From the NCBI GenBank assembly GCA_965112155.1, contig OZ218109.1: DNA of 64,000 bases, one strand, 5' to 3'. Source of the stretch: Podarcis liolepis. Its lineage: Eukaryota. The position numbers and the translations under genes are program-made. Below are positions 25,991-38,511 of the stretch, in pieces; position 1 is the stretch's first letter, and every line of letters begins with the position of its first letter. Under the pieces are notes generated by a model, which worked only from the letters and a program-made list of their open reading frames with translations, was not told the DNA's origin and ran no database searches.

Positions 25991-26419
25991 CGTCAGTGGA
26001 GGCTAGTCGATTAGGGTGTGTATTTCTATCCCAATGCCCTTCACTGGTGCCAAGCTCTGAGCTTTCATTTTTTTTTAAAAAAGTCTCTAGCTCTTCTGGA
26101 AGGAAAGTTATGGAGAATAACTTATGCACATTTAACCTGTATGCTTTTGGATTTACTATAGGGGATTGTGTAGCATCCATATCATGGACTGAGATCAAAT
26201 TCTGCAGGAAGGACCAGCATACAGGGAAATTATCCGTTTTGAACACTTTCCACCCAAAATAAAATGCTGAAGCAGCACCTGAGAGGATTTGCCAGACAAA
26301 TGTCTATACTGAAACTGTTAACTCAGCCCTAAGATTAGCACCAGTGATTACTATGGATCAGTACAGGTCACTGAAAGGTCACTCAACAAAAAGCAGGAGT
26401 GACCTATTTGTTCTAACTA

Positions 26420-26599
26420 CAGTGGTACCTCGGGTTAAGAACTTAATTCGTTCCAGAGGTCCGTTCTTAACCTGAAACTGTTCTTACTGCCACCGCGCAA
26501 TTTCTGTTCTCATCCTGAAGCAAAGTGCTTAACCCAAGATACTATTTCTGGGTGAGCAGAGTCTGTAACCTGAAGCGTCTGTAACCCGAGGTACCACTG
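26420..26599. mobile_element. Tc1/mariner MITE, internally deleted version of 14519-14759
   Basis: Same TIRs, TA TSD. Confidence 0.88.
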
Positions 26600-27639
26600 T
26601 ACTGATAAGCAGGCTGCCATTTTGACAAATCTTCAAAACTATCACAAATCACTTCTTTGGGAACTTTTGAGGAAAATATTTGTCTCTGCTCCATGACAGA
26701 ATTAAAATTCCTGGTCTTCACAGTACAGTGAAGCAATTTCCTTGAATCAAGGCTCTGGAGCCAACAAAAACACACACACACTGAGAATCCAAGTGTGAAT
26801 GAATCACCTCTGACATATTTCTAACCATACTGCTGAGTGCAATCCCCCCCCCAGTTACATCTGAAATCGCAAAGTGAAAAAGAACTCCAAGCTATTAACC
26901 TCTGTGCATGAATATGCAAGACCCCTTTTACCAACAGAGGGTTCGTTTCTGCTGAAAGGATTTTGTTCCTTTATTATAACCACTTCGGCTAATAAAATTC
27001 TGACAAGCAGCAACCACAATGTACAGTTTCAATAAAGCAAGAGATGATTATAGGAATAAACGGTATTAAAAATAATAAAAAGCTTTAGACTCCAGGTATC
27101 ATTTTTAGTTGCGTTCTATTGCTTTCTTTATCTCTCGCGAGCTGTGTTTTTGTTTTTTTGTTTTAAAAGAAAAAAACTTGCTTACAACTGCATAGCTTTG
27201 ACATCCTTGAACTATGAAAATGTCAAGAGTGTCTATGTTACATATATTTCCATAATTCAGAGAAATTAAGCCTTTACCAAATTTCAGCTGGGGAATTGGT
27301 CTTGATAATAAAGGAATAAACTTTGCTTGCTCCAGGCCTCTATGCTGCAAACCTCTCTCTCTCTCCACTCTCTATTTAATCTTAAGGTCCTTCTCCAAAC
27401 TGACACTAACCATTGAATGTAACTTAACCTTACAGCTTCTCTTCCAGCTGCCTGTGCTCTAGGCTCTACCACCATCCTTCTTTGCGTCTTGCTATCACAC
27501 TGCTCCTTTCCGCATATCAGAAAGAGCAACTGGACCACGACAGACCACTTGGCCCCATAATCTACCAGCTAACTCATCTCTGTTATCATCTCCCTCCATT
27601 CTTTTACTCTCCAGTCAAAACACGCCCTCTTCAAATCCA

Positions 27640-28096
27640 TGTCCGACTCTTCATGACCCCATGGACCAGAGCACACCAGGCACTCCTGTCTTCCACTGCC
27701 TCCTGCAATTTGGTCAAACTCATGCTGGTATCTTCGAGAACACTGTCCAACCATCTCGTCCTCTGCTGTCCCCTTCTCCTTGTGCCCTCCATCTTTCCCA
27801 ACATCAGGGTCTTTTCCAGGGAGTCTAGTCTTCTCATGAGGTGGCCAAAGTATTGGAGCCTCAGCTTTATGATCTGTCCTTCCAGTGAGTACTCAGGGCT
27901 GATTTCCTTAAGAATGGATAGGTCTGATCTTCTTGAGGTCCATGGGACTCTCAAGAGTCTCCTCCAGCACCATAATTCAAAAGCATCAATTCTTCAGCAA
28001 TCAGCCTTCTTTATGGTCCAGCTCTCACTTCCATACATCACTACTGGGAAAACCATGGCTTTAACTATAAGGACCTTTGTTGGCAAGGTGATGTCT
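27640..28096 (-). mobile_element. BovB LINE 3' fragment (tail missing)
   Basis: ORF 27631..27954 encodes BovB peptide. Confidence 0.92.
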
Positions 28097-28136
28097 TAAG
28101 GCTACTTTGTGCTTAAATTTAGAGCATACAGTAGCA

Positions 28137-28286
28137 GCTGGGATAGCTCAGTTGGTAGGGGGCATGAGACTCTTAATCTCAAGGTTGTGGATTTGAACCC
28201 CACCTTGGGCAAAATATTCCTGCATTGCAGGGGGCTGGATGAGATGACCTTCGTGGTTCCCTTCCAACTCTACAAATTCTATGATT
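28137..28286 (+). mobile_element. tRNA-Lys-derived SINE with CR1-like tail
   Basis: gatagctcagttggtag..gcatgagactcttaatctc head; cccttccaactctac..ttctatgatt tail. Confidence 0.82.
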
Positions 28287-28615
28287 TGGTGTACGACTCT
28301 GAAACGTATGGAGGGGTGTCTACACATTTCTTTCTGATGAGAAGCAGGGGGTCAATCATGGTTCCTAGGTGGGGGAAATTATATGGACCTACAGAAAAAT
28401 GAGCTAAATAAATAGAAGTTCTTGTTAAGTGCATTCAGCACACCCCCTTGGTAGGAATAGGGAACCTGCAGCTCTCGAGTTGTTCCCATGTACTTCACGC
28501 AGCATGGTCTGTGGGCAGAATCATAGGAGTTGTGGATCAGCACCATCAGGATGTCCACAGGTGTCCTGGCCCTCCACCATAGTTAGAAAAAACCATATGT
28601 TTCCAGTCCTTCATG

Positions 28616-28720
28616 GATTGGATAGCTCAGTCTGTAGAGCACAGTATTCTTAATCTAAGGATTGTGGGTTTGAGCATTGCAGCGAAACTTGTGGTCCCTT
28701 CCAACTCTACAATTCTATGA
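28616..28720 (+). mobile_element. Internally deleted copy of the tRNA-Lys SINE
   Basis: Same head and tail as 28137-28286. Confidence 0.7.
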
Positions 28721-29639
28721 GTCTAGGTTTTCTGCTCAGAAGGTAAACAGGGCATTATTAACACACCCAGAAGTTTTATCTTCTTTTATTTTTTAAAGGA
28801 CTGAGGAAAAACTTGGACAAGCTCAATGGTTTACTTAAAATATCCTGGTGACAACTATCTGTTCCGGTGTCCCTTTCCCCCAGCAGCCTTACATTACAGA
28901 GCACAGCAGCATGTATTAAATTGTTCAGGCAGTGTTTCTGGAAGCCAAGGTACAATAAGCAAACTCGAATTCCACAACCTATCTGCCTATAAACAGAAGA
29001 ATGTTCCCAGCACAAATTGTATCAGCACCACACTGACCAGGGCTCAACTGCTTAAATGAAGAGATGCACACAGCCCAATCCTAGATATATTCAGCAAGAA
29101 GAAAGCCTTGATGAGTTCAGTAGAGTTTACTCCTAAGTACGCATTTGATTTTAGCATTTGTCTCGCCTACAACAGCAGTGCTGCTTCCAATATTTACCAC
29201 AGGAAAATTGGGCCAAGAATCCTAATGTACAACATTCATCATATTTTGCACTGTGAAGCCTAATATTCAAAGAGCACATCTGTAAAACCATTAATACTGC
29301 TACTAATGTACTCTGCAGTCCACAAGGCCACCAAAGGACAGTGTAGGAAGTAGATAAATGGCCTTCATTTTATGTATTTTCACAGGAAATGTGGAAGCTC
29401 TGGCTTTTCTGTCAAGGCAGTTCAGGGAGATAGTAGCTAACAAAAAAGCATTTGGGTGACTTTGTTTTTTAAAAAAAGTTTTTAAAAGATATCTCACTGA
29501 TAAGGTCATTTTAAATTTTACTCTTAGCTTTGAAATGGATGCTGGACATTATTTGCTGTTCTAGTATTTTGAACTACAGACACTGTTTCTTGGATGTTAC
29601 TGTGAGCTGCTTGGATATCTAGCAGACCTGGGGGCACAT

Positions 29640-30079
29640 TTGTTGTTGTTTAGTCGTTTAGTCGTGTCCGACTCTTCGTGACCCCATGGACCAGAGCACG
29701 CCAGGCACTTCTGTCTTCCACTGCCTCCCACAGTTTGGTCAAACTCATGCTGGTAGTTTCGAGAGCACTATCCAACCATCTCGTCCTCTGTCGTCCCCTT
29801 CTCCTTGTGCCCTCCATCTTTCCCAACATCAGGGTCTTTTCCAGTGAGTCTTCTCTTCTCATGAGGTGGCCAAGGTATTGGAACCTCAGCTTCACGATCT
29901 GTCCTTCTAGTGAGCACTCAGGGCTAATTTCCTTCAGAATGGAGAGGTTTGATCTTCTTGCAGTCCATGGGACTCTCAAGAGTCTCCTCCAGCACCAGAA
30001 TTCAAAAGCATCAATTCTTCAGTGATCAGGCTTCTTTATGGTCCAGCTTTCACTTGCATACATCACTACTGGGAAAACC
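29640..30079 (-). mobile_element. BovB LINE 3' fragment, about 120 bp from the exon 9 donor
   Basis: ORF 29650..29979 ends VHGVTKSRTRLND; (CAA)n tail. Confidence 0.93.
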
Positions 30080-30198
30080 CAGTACATACATTCGAAAAAT
30101 TAAATAAATATTTCAGTATTCACAAATAACCTATTTTAACCATTCTATATTTTAAACACACATATATGCACACACATACACAAAAAAACTATACTTAC

Positions 30199-30590
30199 TC
30201 TTTCTCTGTCACAATGTATCCATATTCATCCTCTTTGGAAGGCTTGGCATCCAGCTGAAGGCCTTCTCCCAATTTTTTTTGAGTTTCTTCATAGACTGTT
30301 TTATCCTGAATCAAAGTATTCTTAATCCAGTGATGAAGCTCAGTCAGCTCTTGAGAGCTAGGTTCCGACTCAGCTTTCTTTTCAGCTATCAACTCCCTGG
30401 AGAATGTTTCGCTCTTCACATTTTCAACCCCAACCTTCACTTCCTCAGAGGAAGAGGAGGAGAGATCTAAATCCTCCGACTTCTTCATTTCTGATTTAAA
30501 AGATTCTTTGGACATAGGCTCCCTAAGAAGACTTTCAGTTGCGATATCCTCATTCAGGAAATCAAGCAGTTTTTTACTCAAATGGTTCTC
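30199..30590 (-). CDS. PTPRN2: PTPRN2 coding exon (exon 9 equivalent), includes KK|SE dibasic processing site (30474-30485), GVENVKS and EGLQL..GYIVT motifs
   Basis: Overlaps ORF 30195..30581. Acceptor ttttgtaatatag, donor gtaagt. 392 nt, phase 0 to 2. Motifs match phogrin (GVENVKSQTYS, EGLQLEVQPSEEEARGYIVT as recalled). Confidence 0.95.
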
Positions 30591-31260
30591 CTATATTACA
30601 AAAACAAAAACAAACAGCGTAATTCATAACAATTTTGAACACGCATTAATGGGGTATCTATGTGAAATTCAAGGGCACAAAATTAATAGAATCCTGAAGC
30701 TATACTTAAGTACATGAGTAGACACTGTTGTCCACTTATGAAAGATGAAAACTAGAAATCACTTTAGCCTGGGGTGCAACTTTTGACAGCTCTTAGATTG
30801 CAGCTTAGAAAATGTTGCCTGTATTTTCCCCGAAACTGCTTTTCTCTTCTTAAATTTGACTGATCTCAAGAGGCTTCATCTTTTGGAAGCACTGAAGTAT
30901 GTCTAAACCTAAAGCATTATCATTAATTTCTTTTTGCCCAGCCTTATGTTACACGAAGAAGCCCTAGACATCCCTGTTTGACTCAATTCAAGTCTTCCTG
31001 CTGACAGTGGCATGAGGCCACCAAGTCTTTCCACCAAGTTATGATTTCAAATTCTGGGTCTTTCAAATCAGCTAGCCTTGAGATCTAGAAACAGCCCCAT
31101 CACTTAGTCTAAATTCTTAACTCTTTGGAGGAGGGAACTGTCCAAGACCAAATTCTGGATTCCTCTTCTGCTTTACGTTTCAGAAACATGACATGAAATT
31201 CAATTAAAATCTGCTGTGAAGTTCCATTCCCATGCAACTTGTTAGTTGGTGTTAAGAGCA

Positions 31261-31638
31261 GGGACACGGGTGGCGCTGTGGTCTAAACCACTGAGGCTCT
31301 TGGGCTTCCTGATCGGAAGATTGGCAGTTCGAATCCCCGCCAACGGGAGTGAGCTCCTGTTGCTCTGTCCCAGGTGCTGCCAACCTAGCAGTTCGAAAGC
31401 ACACCAGTGCAAGTAGATAAATAGGTACCACTGTGACAGGAAGGTAAATGGCGTGTCCGTGCTATTTGGCCTACGTCACGGTGTCCCGTTGCGCCAGAAG
31501 CAGTTTAGTCATGCTGGCCAAATGACATGGGAAGCTGTGGATAAATGCCAGCTCCCTCGGCCTGAAGCGAGATGAGTGCCACAACCCCATAGTTGCCTTT
31601 GATTTGACTTAACTGTCCAGGGGTCTTTTACCTTTACC
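31261..31638 (+). mobile_element. Sauria SINE, older and longer variant
   Basis: Head gggacacgggtggcgctgtgg, (ACCTTT) tail, TSD ttaagagca. Confidence 0.88.
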
Positions 31639-32383
31639 TTAAGAGCAGCACAGAAAGCCTGGCCCTACTCACACAAGCCATAACTGGGTCCCAAATCATT
31701 TCCTGCATTACTGTAAAACTGTGTAACCGAGACCAGGTCTATCTCCTTCTTCATTTCAAGCCCCATACACCTTAATTTTTCATGCATGGAAATCTTAAGT
31801 CAGGGGATGCCTGGGAGAAATCCAAGCCCCTATAAACTCTTCTGGGAAGGTAAGCTCATTTCTGTTTACACCCCTTTTCTGTAAAATCAAGGGCACATAT
31901 CATAACTTCAATAACAGTGTGTACAGTCCACATGAACCAAAGCTGGATTTTAAACAATGTTATTATTGTTTAGCTGTAGTGGTTATTGTGGTGGCACCTG
32001 TACTGTGGAACTCCCTGCCTGTAGACATTAGGCAGGTACTATCACTGCATTCTTTTAGATGACTGCTGAAAACATTTATGGTTTGGTGGGCCTACCCAGA
32101 TACATGATTTGGTTATATTTGCTTCAGATGTTTTATTCTGCTTTATTGGTTTTTAAAAAAATATTTTAAACAGTTTATTGTTTTAAGATATCTTATATGC
32201 TTTAATTGGTTATTTTTTAAAATAGAAATGTGTTTTAGGCGCATCCAATATGTGCACGGCCGTACACACGTGCATTGCGCCAAACCCAGAAGTGACCTGA
32301 AAATGTCATAAAGATGTCACAAAAAGGTGCGGAATAGGGCGGGGCAGGGCTGCCTTATGTTTTTGCCCCCATGGGCAGCATAT

Positions 32384-32462
32384 AAATTTAATAAAGGAAC
32401 AAACTAGCAAATTTAATAAAGGAATAAACTAGCAAATTTAATAAAGGAACAAAGTAGCAAAT
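32384..32462. repeat. 25-bp minisatellite, 3 copies (aaatttaataaaggaacaaactagc)
   Basis: Three near-identical tandem units. Confidence 0.9.
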
Positions 32463-32813
32463 TAATCATACGGTTTTTAGAGGTGAATGAAAATGCTACT
32501 CTGAATTTTGCTGGTGCATTCACAGGTGGTGAATTGGAGGGGGTGGCATTCACTGATTTTGAGGAGTAAAGGAGCAATACTGGCGAGTGACAAAACAGAA
32601 AATTTCCCCTGCTAGCTGCTGCTAACTCCCCCCCACTCCCACTGTCTGAAATCCACTGATGGTTGCAAGTGCACCTCCGTCTGTGTTCCATTGTTGTCAC
32701 TGTGTTGTAAACTGAACCTCAATTATTTTTATTACATTATATTTAGCATCTCTCGTATGACGAGCATTTGGTGCGATGGATTGTCGATATTTATATTTAA
32801 ACATGCAATTTAC

Positions 32814-32854
32814 CTCATTTTTAGTCCTGGCATCTTCATTCTGTGCCCCTTCAT
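32814..32854 (-). CDS. PTPRN2: PTPRN2 micro-exon (exon 8 equivalent): (D)EGAQNEDARTKNE
   Basis: Acceptor ttcccacag, donor gtaaat. 41 nt, phase 1 to 0, which bridges the phases of the flanking exons. Same length as human exon 8 as recalled. Confidence 0.85.
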
Positions 32855-33909
32855 CTGTGGGAACATTGAACAAGCATGTGTTGTGGGACATTATAGAACA
32901 TTACGTGTGTAATGCAGGCACTGCTGTACTGGCTTTGCTTTCCTATAGATTGTGGTGTTATTTACTGTACATTAAACATTAAGATGTTGCCGCTGAAAGG
33001 CGAAAGTAAAAGCATAGATCAGGTTTGTCACTTTGACTCCATTTGGACAGCTTGCTAATGGAAGATCAATGGAGGCAGTACTGTAAAAGTGCATTATATT
33101 AATTAGTTCAATAGTATGGCGACGAATTTACCTCTGTTTACCAGTGCCTTTTAAAAAAAAAATCAATACCATGCTTTCTGCTAGCATAGAAATAATGGCT
33201 AGAGTAATAAATGCAGAAAGGCAACAGATTTACGTTTCAGGCACTTTTCAGGGAAAAATGGATTTCATGTGCTCATCTAATCCTTTATTTTAATAAAGTA
33301 GGCACTTCAAAATAATGGTTTCTCGGTTATTGTGACTACTCAGAGGTAAATACAGGATACCAAATTGCCTGTTTTAGGATAGGAACAGGAAGCCTTTGTG
33401 AGGCTTATAAGCATGAAAAACAGATTTTTGTGCATCTTTCACATAAGTCACAAAATGACCTAACAATGGACCTGTTCACATCTCATTTTTATCCACAGCA
33501 ATAAACTCAGACACTTTTAAATGATCCACATGTAAATCAATGTGCTGTTTACATGTTTCCTGTCACATGCATCTGCATGCACCTATTTGATCAATGAACA
33601 CGAGGGGCTGTAAGGCTGTAAGAGGACTAATTACCTGTGTGAGAGTGGGACGAGGAAACTGAATTTGGGAACACACAGGCCAATCTTACTGGATGGTACA
33701 TGTTTTTTTTATCAGGCCTCAAAACTATGAGTTCTCCAAAACAAATCAGTACCATGTCTGCCCTACTTTTCCTGAATGGGTCATAGAATCATAGAACCGT
33801 AGAGTTGGAAGGTACCATGAGGGTAATTTAGTTCAAACTCCTGCAATACATACTGGTGGCTAATTATTTTAGCAGGTCATTTACCTAAATGCAGTGCCTG
33901 GTTCATGAG

Positions 33910-34203
33910 CAGTACCAGATTTACATATAAGCTAAACAAGCTATAGCTTAGGGCCCCACTCTCTTGCCCCCCAAAATATACTTCTTCTTAATTGTATTTC
34001 ATATCAACAATTACTTTGATAAAATACATATTTTGTTATGTGCAAATGGCTTTAGATACCTATTAGGTCCATAAATTACCATATAGCATATATTCAACAC
34101 ACAAAAAACAGTGACGATTTGTTGTTGACAAAGGACAGCTGGACATATAAAGGGCCCCATTACCTTCAGTAGCTTAGGGCCTCATCAAACCTAAATCCAG
34201 CTC
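33910..34203. mobile_element. Probable hAT-type non-autonomous element
   Basis: Degenerate TIRs cagtaccagattta / taaatccagct; repeated agcttagggcc / agggcccca motifs near both ends. Confidence 0.5.
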
Positions 34204-35246
34204 ACGAGGTGCATCTAAATTGTTTACAACAGTGCTATCAGTTAACCAAGTGAACAATTAAGCATCATGAAAATGCAGCTGTATCTTAAGGCAGCAGTGG
34301 TGGAATGAGTTAATTGCATCAGTTTGTTGCTTAGGACAAGGGTGGGCAATGCACAGGACTCCAAAGCCCAGTCACCTTTTCCTACAATCAGCCATCAGCT
34401 GGGTGTCCAGGAAGAGTGTACTGTTCCCACACTGCTAATAGCAACAGTAATATCGTGTAAATATGAAACACTGGGGAGCAGGCTTTAACCTACCCCCCAC
34501 AGTACTCCCAATCCAAGGAGGTTCACTGCCCCTATGTTGATAATAGCTGCATAGAGACAGCAGTTTGCAGTTTTAATGGGGAGGTAGATGTGTGGGAATT
34601 ACAGTCCCTAAACAGGTATCTCCTCCTTTAAATCATGGAGCAACCTGCACTCACCTAATTGCCCACAGCAAGTTGGGATTGCGTGAACAGCACCCATCCC
34701 ACCCTCTGAACACAATATAATCATGGCAGGAGAAAAGGGAAGCTACATGAACGGCCCTACTATTGGGCAAAGTGGCATAATCTCCTCAGGGAACAGATGC
34801 TGTGGGGCAGCAGTGGAACCCCCCTGCATGTTCCTCCTAAGCCCCTGCCCCCTGGGACCGGTCTCATCTGTTGGAGGACAGAATTGTGGGTTACACAACC
34901 TGTCCCTGTCCCCTAAACTAGCTTGCTGTGGTGTTGGCTGCTGTCCTGCCACTAGTGCTGAAGTAAGATTCGGCAGCCAGGCTGTTTGACTTCAGTATGT
35001 GGAATGGGCCAGGGAGGAGCCATCTTGTCCTTCACCTCAGGCAGCAAAATATCTTGGTCTGGGAAGCTAACGGTAAGGCAATGATAAGTGGAGGGGAGCT
35101 AGCAAGCAGCAGGGAGAATAGGGCAGTGAGCCGGCAGTGGGACAGGTGAGCAGGTAAGTTCCTCCTCTTTGCATCTTTGTGCAAGGCTGTCTTAAGACTG
35201 AATTCCTTTAGAGAGGAAAGGAAAGCTGCCATGGCGGATAAAGTAC

Positions 35247-35492
35247 CTTGTAAAGGGTAACCGGCGCTCATTAATCCCATCTCATAATCATCTTTTCCTT
35301 CGGCATCCACTCTCTTCTCTTCTGCCTCTCCTCCAACCTTCCCAGCGGCATTCTTCTTTTCTTCATCTGCATCAACAGCTTGAATGGCATCAGCAATGAT
35401 ATCTGCCATCTCGTCCAGCTCTAGCGGGCTCAACTTATCTACATCCACATGATGTTTCTTCAGGTCCCTCAGAACATCCTGAATAAATATTT
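35247..35492 (-). CDS. PTPRN2: PTPRN2 coding exon (exon 7 equivalent): (E)IFIQDVLRDLKKHHVDVDKLSPLELDEMADIIADAIQAVD...GYPLQ
   Basis: Acceptor cctttcccaag after a long pyrimidine tract, donor gtactt. 246 nt, phase 1-1. Resembles human [29 protein letters not shown]. Confidence 0.9.
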
Positions 35493-36563
35493 CTTGGGAA
35501 AGGAGGGAGGGAGGGAGGAGAAACTTGATTACTTATGAAAAGTCTGATGGTATGTGCAAGGAAAAGAGAAACAAAGCATTGTAGTCTCTGCTCCAGTCCT
35601 CAGTAGGAGCTATTTAATTATCTATGAAGTCTCGACTACATTATTCTGTGCTAATCTGTATTCATAAATATAGCCTTGGTAATGTTTTTTTCTCTCTCTC
35701 CTCTTATTCAAATGTGTTTATTGAATAGTTTCAATGTTACTAATTCATGGGATTATCTTCTTATTTGAATCAGTAATTAGATCACTTTTCTCACTGGACA
35801 TGCCTTGCCCTACTGAAACAATTGATTTGGGATAAATTAGTGGCGAAACTTTTCCCAGACCAATATGGCTTATCCAGGAAGGCCTGTATCCCGAGGACAA
35901 AAAAAGTATTTATTTTATCACGTTAGTGGTCTCTCCCTCCCCTCCCCATTACAAACCCTATATCAAGACTTCCTAACAAAATCAACTTATGCTGTACTAA
36001 AGCTGCTTAACTATAGAAATAAATTATGATTACACTCAGTCAACCATAATGTAGTTTTTGCAGAGTAAAAATAGAGGACATATCAATACAATTACATATA
36101 AGAAACATGCAGTCTGCTGAAAAAAATAAAAGGACCAAAGCTATTTTTCTACTAGGTGTCCCCAAAAGAAGCAGAGACTGTAAATAAATCACCACCACTG
36201 AATTATGAAGCAGCAATATCAATTTGACTTACCCAGTCATGTAAAGGGCTTAACTGGAGGGTGGGGGAGGCAATGGGGAGATCTCAAGAGTTTCATGGCC
36301 CATTCCTGTGAAGTCTATCCAGTACTGGCCATGAAACAGAGAGCTCTCATTGGAATCTTATCATTCTACCCGACACAAATTCCCAGGTGGAGCTTCCCAC
36401 AGTCTCCAAACAGGACAGGTGGTTCAAATATCTACAATGAACCAATCAAAATGCAAGGTGCACCAGCCAACAAAATTGCCTTAAAACTCTCCACTCTCCA
36501 CTCAGAAGTTCCCAACTTGAAGAGACAAGGAGCATCACAAGGAGCAGCTCAGAGTTTTAAAAC

Positions 36564-37080
36564 TGTCATGGACTGGCTGGATGTGGAGGAGTGTGGGAGG
36601 CACCAGCCAAGGAACCCCCAGGGGAGGAAGGCTCAGAGCCAGGGGATTGGTGGTGGGACAACGATGAGTTATCAGAGGGGGAAGGAGCAGACAGGGAGGA
36701 GAAGGTGACAGAAGCAGAAGAGGTAACAGGGTTTAGTGAACAGGAAGAAGCTGCAGCAGAGCACAGTTCAGTCTCTGAGCAGAATCCCGGGAGTCTCGCT
36801 CTCCTGCTGTGACCAGCTCCCCTCCCTTCTGGTCTCCTAGAACACACAGAGAAATGAAACAGGAAGCGTAGAGGGTTGCTGTGCACAAACGAAGCCTGAG
36901 ACTGTGTGGGAAAGACCCTGGAAAGGAGGAGTCCTACTGCAACTGCTTCATCGTGGTAAGACCTCCTGGAAACCACTAGGCTGAGTTGTGGTTTGTTTCC
37001 CTGAATAAAGAGTTAACTTCACCGACCTCGGGTGCATTATTGCTTTGTTGGCGACCTATGCCTGACTCCCAGCCCTGACA
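36564..37080 (+). mobile_element. Solo LTR (Gypsy/ERV type) carrying a decayed acidic reading frame
   Basis: TGTCA...TGACA termini, aaac TSD, AATAAA near 37004. Confidence 0.8.
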
Positions 37081-38142
37081 AAACTTCCTATAATTTCAGT
37101 TTAAGCCCTACAGTTTTCAGCCACCAACATGCTTGCCCCGATTATATTTGAAGTCATATTGCTGCTGCCAACAGAATTCGCACATACAGATATTCCAGGT
37201 GCTGCTCACTGTGGTACTTGCTAAACAACCATTCAGAATTAACCGAGCTACTCACTACCAGATAAGCCAACTGCTTGGTGGGGCTGACCTGTCTTGTATA
37301 TGCAGGCTCCTGCCTGCCTGGAAAGGACAGTTATTTTTTGTTGCTGAAATATAATTTAATATCTAATGATATATCCGTGCTAATTTACATTTATAATAAT
37401 AATTTATATTTTTATGACCTAATCTTCATCAATATCAGGAAATAAATATGCCATTGGCTTGTCTTTTAACACAAGCACGCTGATCTCATTTGTTTATGCT
37501 ACAATACAAAATGTAAATAAATGTTTTCTGAACTATATTGGATCTTCTGTCTGTTCAAATGAGAGTTCTAGCTGTGTTTTGTTCTGATGTATGTCAGATG
37601 TGGACAGAGTAAAGGAAATGAGTTTATCAATGACCCCCAAAGAACATAAATGGAAGATGACATCTGAGGCAAGATGAGAAAAAGCAGAGATTTCTACAAA
37701 GAAAATCAAACAACAGACTTCTAAATGTGTTATTAACAGATGTTTTCAAAGGAGAGAATATTAAAAGATATTGGAGATGAAAAATACATAAAGTAAACAA
37801 AAGTAAGTGGAGGAATCTGAAAAGAGATAGCCAACAGTGCCAAAATATAGGTAATAGACTGAGAACATTTTTGCCCAGTCCAGAATGAAAAGTAACCCAT
37901 TGTTTCTTGTTACGTAAATAAGTCTGCATGAGCTTGGGGTGGTCACTAACTCCCCTCCCCTCCTCTTTTGTGAAATGAGAAGACCGCACACAAATTATTT
38001 TAAAAAGCATATCCACTTCCACTTTTGAACTTTTTTTAAAAAAAATCTTTAAAATTGTTGTTTTTCATTGGTTTATTCTTTTTGTAAACCACTTGGAGGT
38101 TTCTGGGGGGGGGTTACAATCAAGCAGTATATAAATATTAAA

Positions 38143-38504
38143 AAAGGTAAAGGGACCCCTGACCATTAGGTCCAGTCGTGGCCGACTCTGGGGTTGCAGC
38201 GCTCATCTCGCTTTATTGGCCGAGGGAGCCGGCGTATAGCTTCCAGGTCATGTGGCCAGCATGACTAAGCCGCTTCTGGCAAACCAGAGCAGCGCGCGGA
38301 AACGCCGTTTACCTTTCCGCCAGAGCGGTACCTATTTATCTACTTGCACTTTTGGCGGCTTAGTCATGCTGGCCACATGACCTGGAAAAACTGTCTGCGG
38401 ACAAACGTTGGTTCCCTCAGCCAGTAAAGCGAGATGAGCACTGCAACCCCAGAGTCATCTGCGACTGGATTTAACTGATAGGGGTACCTTTATCTTTACC
38501 TTTT
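38143..38504. mobile_element. Two Sauria SINE 3' halves fused in inverted orientation
   Basis: Minus-strand part 38143-38353 and plus-strand part 38355-38504; both tails point outward. Confidence 0.85.
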
Positions 38505-38511
38505 ATTCGGT

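Noticed and set aside
28137-28210. Apparent tRNA-Lys gene
   Set aside because: Stems are mismatched and it runs into a CR1-like tail rather than a T-run terminator; it is a SINE head.
32384-32462. Three 25-bp direct repeats resembling a CRISPR array
   Set aside because: No spacers, vertebrate DNA and no cas genes; a simple tandem duplication.
35032-35246. Exon 7 frame extends about 70 codons into the intron with a hydrophobic stretch
   Set aside because: The donor at 35246 gives the phase needed for exon 8. The downstream gtgaag donor near 35034 is in the wrong phase, and there is no other support.
35479-35480. Alternative acceptor ttcag 14 nt inside exon 7
   Set aside because: It would shift the frame relative to exon 6; the acceptor at 35493-35494 is in frame and follows the pyrimidine tract.
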